A stretch of DNA of 64,000 bases from Fibrobacteria bacterium. GTDB lineage: Bacteria > Fibrobacterota > Fibrobacteria > UBA11236 > JADFYW01. Under the pieces are notes generated by a model, which saw nothing but the letters and a program-made list of their open reading frames with translations, was not told the DNA's origin and ran no database searches. Below are positions 57,834-64,000 of this stretch, in pieces. The stretch covers positions 62,201-126,200 of the forward strand of contig JBNKOC010000001.1 in assembly GCA_050294405.1 (NCBI GenBank), written 5' to 3'. A program made the position numbers and the translations under genes. Numbering within the stretch: position 1 is the first letter of the stretch; the number at the start of each line of letters is the position of its first letter.

Positions 57834-60800
57834 CTACCTGCTGAGCAGCATTTTCTTGCTGGATTTGAACCCTGGGGCTTCCATAGTAAAGACATAGGCT
57901 CCATTAGGAATGTGCATAGGCCTACGCCAATTAAATTGGTGGTTTCCGGGGTTTAACTCTGATTTAAATAAGGTTCCGTAGTATTGCCCTTTTAAATTAT
58001 ACAAATGTATTGCCAAGGGTAACGCTTTATTTATCCTTTTTCCATTGTTATTAAAGCTGTAGGGTAAAGTGAATTTGATGTTTGTATACGCCCTAACTGG
58101 ATTTGGATAGTTTTGGCTTACTGAAAATCCCAGTCCTAATTTTTCTGCAAAATTCTCATTGGAAGTTATCACAATGGAATAATATTTCTCTTGGCTGGAA
58201 ATTTTAAGGGTAACGGTGTTAGACTCATCAACTAAAGTGGCGCTGTTTTTATCTACAAGATATATATATTTTCCACTTGCTCTTAAATCATCCATGCCTT
58301 CTAAAAATAAGCTGGCTGTTTTCTGAGAGGTTTCGAATTTTTGAATACCAAACTCAAACCAATTTTCACCTTCCTCTGTTGAAACAGGCGTAAATTGAGA
58401 ACTTAATTTTCCGTTTTTAGTTGATTTGTCAGAAGATGTAAAAAACAAGCTAATGTGTGATCCCATTTTAGGTGGTTCGAAGTGATTGCTAACATTTTCA
58501 TATGGCACTAAGCCAAATAAATTTTCTCTGTCCACTAGGTTACCAGCTTTTAAAATCATCCTTCCAACCCAATTTTCGGAATTACTAAACTTTGCTAATC
58601 GCTTAGCAAGTTTAGCTTCTCCAAAATAAGGGACATTATCCATTGTCAGTATGGTGTCTTTTTCTACTCTGACCCAATAAGCCTCCCAGGGTTTTAAAAC
58701 ACCATTAACATCTTCTATGTCTGATGAATCAGAGTTCCACCTATAAAATGTGAAGCCGCTGGATTTTAAGTTTATTGGATATACAAATGGGTTGCTAACC
58801 TGATTCCAACCAAGGCCTCCGTTTACAAGTTTTACGGAAACTTTTTCCCTAATCAATTTTTCTTCTTTTAAGCTAAGGTCTATTTTGGAATTGGCCAACA
58901 CCCAATATCCCTTAGCTTTTCTTAATTTCGTTAAACTTTCTTTTGTTTGGTATTTGCTATATAACTTGCTTTCCGCGCCATTGTCCAACCAATGGTAAAA
59001 TTGGGCCTTTGATTTAAGAGAATCCAAACTAAGGCTATCCATCGGTACTGCAGCCATTATCCATTTGCCGCTATCCAGACTAATCTTTGAGACATTGGCT
59101 ATTTCAAAACTCAAGATAGTGGAGTCGGGTTGCGACAATCCAAACTTATCCACGGCTTTAAAGCGAACGCTGTATTTTCCATCTAACAATGGATAAAAAT
59201 TAGCGATTGCCGATTGGAAAGTATTTTGTGAAACAATTGCAGAATCTTTTAGAAGGCTGTAATTAAAGCTAGTTTCTCTAAGTAATCCATCTTCATCCTC
59301 TACGTTTAATATGATTTGAATAGCACCGTTTTTAATTATATGTGATGAAACAACGGCTTTTGGAGCATCATTGGTTTCCTCAATACGTCCAGCAATGTTT
59401 AGATTGCTGGTTATCCCTTCAATATCGGAGAAGGAGAGCCTTAAGTTGAAATTTCCAGTGTCTTTTTGCACAGGTTTTACCTTAAAGAAGAAACTGGATA
59501 CTTTTTGAACTTTTTCTTTTTTTGCCAGGGTTAAATAATCGGGAAGACTATCCAATATTAAGGTTAAGGAATCGTTTAGATCCGGATCTTCTAAGTTAAT
59601 TACAAAACTGTCTAATCTGTCTTCTTTCCAATTAATGTTTAATGGGTCCGCCAATGTGCTACTTACAACAAATGGGGAATCATTTTTATTTATGACAATA
59701 ATATCAAGAATGAGGCTATCACTCAAGGAACCATCAGAAACGGTAATTGTTAATCTATGGCTCCCTACATTTTCATTTACAGGTTGACCGGTAATATTGT
59801 TTGAAGAATCTATGCTGAGCCAATTGACTCCGGAAATAGATAGAGTTAGCAAGCTGTCATCCACATCCGAATAAACTGGTGAAAAGATAAAAGCTTCGTC
59901 TTCATTTGTCTCTAATACGCTGGGCCTTTCCGTAAACTGCGGGGCATCATTAACGTTAATAACTCTTACAACCGTTTCCGAAGTATCCATAGCAGACCCG
60001 TCGGATATTTGGATTTTTAGAATATTGATACCAACATGGCTATTTTCTGCAGTTCCCCTTAGTTCCTTATCAGCTAAGCTCAACCAAGGATGATTGGATG
60101 AAATAATACTCAGACTAATGATATCTGAACTATCCAAGTCTTGTGTTTGCAAGGTAAAGGAATAGGGTTCATCCTCCAAAATATCTATTGTGTCCGGCAA
60201 ATTTGTAATTACTGGTTTGTCATTAACATCAATAGTCAATTCTTGCGAAGTTGATTCTGTACCCTGGTTTCCAAGGGTATCGGTGGCAATGGCAATAATG
60301 TCGTAAATTCCATCTGCTAATAGCGGGAGGTTGGAGCCACTTAATATCCAATTGCCATCTTTAGAATTAACGGCTGAATAAGTCTGGCCATTTAACCCAA
60401 TTTGAATAATTGCAGAGCTGTCATTTATTGTTCCCCTAATATCTGGATTCGGAATGTCTGAAACTTGTGCCAAAACAGTAATGATTGGAGCTGTGCCATC
60501 AATAGAAATTTCATTTAAGCTGCTATCTGTTCCAGAATTACCAAAGCTATCCGTAGCTGTGACTCCTAAATTGTATACTCCATCATCAAGACCAGCAATA
60601 GTGTTGTCAGGTAAAATCCAGGTTCCATCTCCTAAGTTTGTGGCGGTATAAGATTGTCCCAATAAGCTAACAGTGATTGAAGCGTCTGTTTTACTTATGG
60701 TACCGGATAATTGTGGTGTCCTGTCATTTGTATGGATTTCATTTATTGTAATTATTGGGGATGAAGTTACAATTTGTAGTTCGTTGTTACTGCTATCCTG

Positions 60801-63800
60801 ACCAACATTTCCAACGGAATCCGTGGCCTGGGCAATTACATTATAAATGCCATCAGGCAGTTGGCTTACGATATTATCTGGCAAGTTCCAACTTCCATCG
60901 CCATTATTAATGGCGGTTAAAACTTGTCCATTGATTGAAATCGAAATGGAGGCTTGAGGGTCGTTTATAGAGCCATTAATGGCAGGAGTGTTATCATTTG
61001 AATTAAGAAAATTAACAGTAATGGTCGGGCTTGTTAAATCTACTACCAGTTCATTTATGCTAGCATCTGTACCCTGGTTGCCATAGATATCAGTTGCTGT
61101 TACAGATACATCATAAGTACCTTCAGTTAAATTTGTAATTGAACCGGTGTCAATACTCCAGGTTCCATCCCCATTATTATTCGCAGAAACAGATTGAGAA
61201 TCAACCATAACCTGGATTATGGCTAAACTGTCGTCCACTGTTCCGCTGATTTGTGGAGATGAACTGTTTGTGGATAAAAAGGAAATGGTGACGCCAGGCG
61301 AAGTGGCATCAATAATAATTTCGTTTGTAGTACCATCCACTCCTACATTGCCCATAGTATCAGTAGCAGTAACAATTACATTGTATACTCCTTCTGCCAA
61401 GGCAGAGAGGGTGTTGTCCAACAAAGTCCAGGTTCCATCACCATTATTGGTCACGGAGATCCCTGTTTGACCACCAATATCTAATGTGATGCCGGCGCTG
61501 AAATCATCAATAGTTCCTGTAATTTGAGGGCTTAAATCTGATGTCACAAGGGAATCGATAGTAATAGCAGGAGCTGTGGCGTCGATATACAGTCCATTTA
61601 CCAAACTATCTGAAAAAGAGTTGCCTGATGGGTCTGTTACGCTTATAGTAACGGTATGAAATCCATCAGTTAAACTACTTAAAATTCCGGCAGCTAAGGT
61701 CCAGGTTCCATTTAGGTTATTTGTGGCCGTTGCAGGACCCTGACCGGAAACATATACATTAATGGTAGCTGAGGAGTCATTAATTGTTCCGGTAATTTCA
61801 GGGGAATTGTTAGAACTTGAAACAGCATTGACTGTAGCAACTGGTGAAGTAGCATCCAGTGTAGAGTCTGTTATCCCACTCATGGGTCCCCAATTTCCAG
61901 AGCTGTCTTTAACAAATAAAGAAATATAATAGCGTGTTGTTTCAGCTAATCCAGTAACAATAATGGAGCTGTCTTGAGCTGAAATATTGGCAAAAATAGT
62001 TCCATCTGTTTCATTACTTGGGTAAGTATCTGTCCTATAGTTCACTCTGATACTATCGGCGTCTGAATCTGTGCTAGGACTCCAGCTAACTTCAATTTGG
62101 CTCCCAGTAATATTTTGAGAACTTAAACCGCTCAGAGCCACAGGAGCAGTATTATCAGGAGTTGAATTATTTACAGTAGCCGCAGGCCCCCAGTTACCTG
62201 AGCTATCCTTAACAAACAGAGCAAAGTGGTACATGGTAAGTTCAGTCAATCCGGTAACAGAAACAGAAACATCGGTGCCAGCCAGGTCGGCAAAAGTGGT
62301 TCCATCTGTTTCAGAGGTGGGGGATATCCCATCGGTTCTATAGTTCACCCGAATGCTGTCCGCATCGGCATCGGTGCTGGCTGTCCAGGCCAAGTCGATT
62401 TGAGTACCGCTCACCACAGTAGCTCCAAGGCCAGTTAGGGCAATAGGAGCAGTTTGGTCGGGTGTGGAATCGTTAACAGTAGCCGCAGGCCCCCAGTTAC
62501 CTGAACTGTCTTTAACAAACAATGAGAAGTGATACATGGTTTTTTCGGAAAGGCCAGTTACAGAAACAGAAACATCGGTTCCAGCTAGGTCGGCGAAAGT
62601 AGTTCCATCTGTTTCAGAGGTGGGGGATATCCCATCGGTTCTATAGTTCACACGAATGCTGTCCGCATCGGCATCAGTGCTGGCTGTCCATGCTAAGTCG
62701 ATTTGAGTTCCGCTCACCACAGTAGCTCCAAGGCCAGTTAGGGCAACAGGAGCAATATTGTCGATTCCAATCAAGGAATTTGAATTAACGGTTGTGCCGC
62801 CTGTTGTGAGTCCGATGGTTGAAACTGCTCCTTGGGCATATATATTGGCAGGATTAATTGAGAAACTATAACTGTCTGTAGTAGTTTGTGTAATAGCGTT
62901 AAAATTAACAAGTACTAAATAGTTGTTGCCGGTATTTGCAGTAATTATATCAAGCGGAGCGCCAATAAATGTTACAGTGGAATCGGCGGCTAGTGACAAA
63001 TTTCCAAGTACAACATCAGTTCCTGAATTATAGAATCCATCGTTGTTTGAATCCTGAATTAACAATAACTCCTGAATTTTGGACATGTCACCCGTGAGCA
63101 AAGAAATATCCAATGAATCTAAGTCGATGTTTTCTTCGGGCCCACTCGCTAAATCAAAATGCAAAATGGGTACTGAATCCTGGTCAGTAATGACGCCTCC
63201 GCCAAATGAGGCATTATTACTTCCTGCTCCAAGGGCGATACTTCCCTGGGCTCCGAATATGCTATCTGTTACTAGGGTTGTACCCGAAACAATTATACTG
63301 GCCATTGAATTCAGGCCATGTGTGAATACATCATTAGGATTTAGTTGGAATTTAATGGTATCTGACGGAAAAAAAGTCGGAGTTGCTGGTAAATCAACCG
63401 CGATTAGGTATGATTGATTGATTGAAGGATTTATAGGTTCTCCACCTGCAATATTAAAAACTACGGTTGAATCGTATGAAACTGGTTTGCTATCTAATAA
63501 TGAATCCACACCAGGAGTGAAATTAAAATCATCATTTATATCTCTAAATAACAGGGCGTTTTGAACCCGGGTAGAATCACCCATTAACATTTTAATTTTT
63601 AATGAATCAATAATAACAGTTTCTTCAGGACCTGCTCCAAAATCTATTGTCATAAGAACAACGCTATCCTGGTCGGTAAAAGCAAAACCTCCTTGAGGGC
63701 CACCCACTTTGTTCATGCTAAGACTGCCCTGGGCCCCGAATAGAGAGTCTGATGTAAGTATGGAACCTGCGGGAACAAGAGGAGAGCTGGACATATGTCC

Positions 63801-64000
63801 GTGCACAAAAACTTCATTGGGGTCCAGTTGGAACTTAATGGTATCAGTGGGTAAGAAAAAAGGGCTTGGGTTTAAGTTAACCGCTAATAAATAGGCCATG
63901 TTGGAAGAAGGGAAAATGGAATCACCCACACCCAGATTAAATACGACAGAAGAATCACCAGCAATGGGTTTGTTATCCAGTAGTAAATCTGAACCAGAGG
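57834..64000 (-). CDS. giant surface protein/adhesin (>2050 aa, 5' end beyond the window): Ca-loop repeats, 3 FN3, 6 bacterial Ig-like, cadherin-like repeats, C-terminal sorting-type domain
   Basis: The frame stays open from 63929 to the edge (SGSDLLLDNKPIAGDSSVVFNLGVGDSIF). Motifs: DxNxD loops; APVALTGL...YHF.LFVKDSSGNW x3; NNGDGTW...ATD..GN.G x6; VNDAP repeats; SQNYPNP tail. Confidence 0.85.
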   Translation of the reverse strand, partial: SGSDLLLDNKPIAGDSSVVFNLGVGDSIFPSSNMAYLLAVNLNPSPFFLPTDTIKFQLDPNEVFVHGHMSSSPLVPAGSILTSDSLFGAQGSLSMNKVGGPQGGFAFTDQDSVVLMTIDFGAGPEETVIIDSLKIKMLMGDSTRVQNALLFRDINDDFNFTPGVDSLLDSKPVSYDSTVVFNIAGGEPINPSINQSYLIAVDLPATPTFFPSDTIKFQLNPNDVFTHGLNSMASIIVSGTTLVTDSIFGAQGSIALGAGSNNASFGGGVITDQDSVPILHFDLASGPEENIDLDSLDISLLTGDMSKIQELLLIQDSNNDGFYNSGTDVVLGNLSLAADSTVTFIGAPLDIITANTGNNYLVLVNFNAITQTTTDSYSFSINPANIYAQGAVSTIGLTTGGTTVNSNSLIGIDNIAPVALTGLGATVVSGTQIDLAWTASTDADADSIRVNYRTDGISPTSETDGTTFADLAGTDVSVSVTGLSEKTMYHFSLFVKDSSGNWGPAATVNDSTPDQTAPIALTGLGATVVSGTQIDLAWTASTDADADSIRVNYRTDGISPTSETDGTTFADLAGTDVSVSVTGLTELTMYHFALFVKDSSGNWGPAATVNNSTPDNTAPVALSGLSSQNITGSQIEVSWSPSTDSDADSIRVNYRTDTYPSNETDGTIFANISAQDSSIIVTGLAETTRYYISLFVKDSSGNWGPMSGITDSTLDATSPVATVNAVSSSNNSPEITGTINDSSATINVYVSGQGPATATNNLNGTWTLAAGILSSLTDGFHTVTISVTDPSGNSFSDSLVNGLYIDATAPAITIDSLVTSDLSPQITGTIDDFSAGITLDIGGQTGISVTNNGDGTWTLLDNTLSALAEGVYNVIVTATDTMGNVGVDGTTNEIIIDATSPGVTISFLSTNSSSPQISGTVDDSLAIIQVMVDSQSVSANNNGDGTWSIDTGSITNLTEGTYDVSVTATDIYGNQGTDASINELVVDLTSPTITVNFLNSNDNTPAINGSINDPQASISISINGQVLTAINNGDGSWNLPDNIVSQLPDGIYNVIAQATDSVGNVGQDSSNNELQIVTSSPIITINEIHTNDRTPQLSGTISKTDASITVSLLGQSYTATNLGDGTWILPDNTIAGLDDGVYNLGVTATDSFGNSGTDSSLNEISIDGTAPIITVLAQVSDIPNPDIRGTINDSSAIIQIGLNGQTYSAVNSKDGNWILSGSNLPLLADGIYDIIAIATDTLGNQGTESTSQELTIDVNDKPVITNLPDTIDILEDEPYSFTLQTQDLDSSDIISLSIISSNHPWLSLADKELRGTAENSHVGINILKIQISDGSAMDTSETVVRVINVNDAPQFTERPSVLETNEDEAFIFSPVYSDVDDSLLTLSISGVNWLSIDSSNNITGQPVNENVGSHRLTITVSDGSLSDSLILDIIVINKNDSPFVVSSTLADPLNINWKEDRLDSFVINLEDPDLNDSLTLILDSLPDYLTLAKKEKVQKVSSFFFKVKPVQKDTGNFNLRLSFSDIEGITSNLNIAGRIEETNDAPKAVVSSHIIKNGAIQIILNVEDEDGLLRETSFNYSLLKDSAIVSQNTFQSAIANFYPLLDGKYSVRFKAVDKFGLSQPDSTILSFEIANVSKISLDSGKWIMAAVPMDSLSLDSLKSKAQFYHWLDNGAESKLYSKYQTKESLTKLRKAKGYWVLANSKIDLSLKEEKLIREKVSVKLVNGGLGWNQVSNPFVYPINLKSSGFTFYRWNSDSSDIEDVNGVLKPWEAYWVRVEKDTILTMDNVPYFGEAKLAKRLAKFSNSENWVGRMILKAGNLVDRENLFGLVPYENVSNHFEPPKMGSHISLFFTSSDKSTKNGKLSSQFTPVSTEEGENWFEFGIQKFETSQKTASLFLEGMDDLRASGKYIYLVDKNSATLVDESNTVTLKISSQEKYYSIVITSNENFAEKLGLGFSVSQNYPNPVRAYTNIKFTLPYSFNNNGKRINKALPLAIHLYNLKGQYYGTLFKSELNPGNHQFNWRRPMHIPNGAYVFTMEAPGFKSSKKMLLSR
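62148..62753 (-). repeat. two 303-nt tandem FN3-coding repeats (a more diverged third copy at ~61845-62147)
   Basis: 62148-62450 and 62451-62753 align at an offset of exactly 303 nt; 6 of 101 amino acids differ by hand comparison. Confidence 0.9.

Noticed and set aside
1..64000. CRISPR arrays, tRNA/rRNA genes, IS elements, prophage or defence genes
   Set aside because: No regularly spaced short repeats, cloverleaf/T-loop signatures, transposase, integrase or phage-like ORFs were recognised by eye. A covariance-model scan would be needed to exclude small ncRNAs.

Overview
A 64-kb, AT-rich bacterial chromosomal window. C-terminal sorting-type domains, FlgM and PilT/PilC suggest an FCB-group organism, possibly Fibrobacterota-like; this is inference only. 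I found no rRNA, tRNA, CRISPR array or transposase. The left part mixes housekeeping genes (prfC, pepP, leuCD, glycerate kinase, queA, pseudouridine synthase, polyprenyl synthase, Ppx, SulP) and motility genes (pilT-pilC, an orphan flgM with a near-consensus sigma-28 promoter) with accessory secreted-protein genes. The right part holds mltG plus a 12-gene Wzx/Wzy-type polysaccharide locus, an SH3 protein, metF, and two giant repeat-rich surface proteins that share a ~500-aa C-terminal module. The best candidate for an undescribed system is at 11.3-14.2 kb. It is an operon of a triheme cytochrome c (CxxCH, CxxCH, CxxxxCH), DUF4266 and a DUF3570 barrel carrying two FMNylation-type D-x-x-S-G-A-S motifs. 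It is transcribed divergently from a small secreted protein whose mature N-terminus looks like a copper histidine brace. Other notable items are a cohesin/dockerin-bearing matrixin next to a dockerin His-rich protein, an SH3 protein with a CglF/GltF-like tail, a pseudo-receiver with Asn at the phosphoacceptor position, and a pair of CRP/FNR-type sites upstream of a giant surface protein. All family assignments are from motif recognition by eye; no database searches were run.
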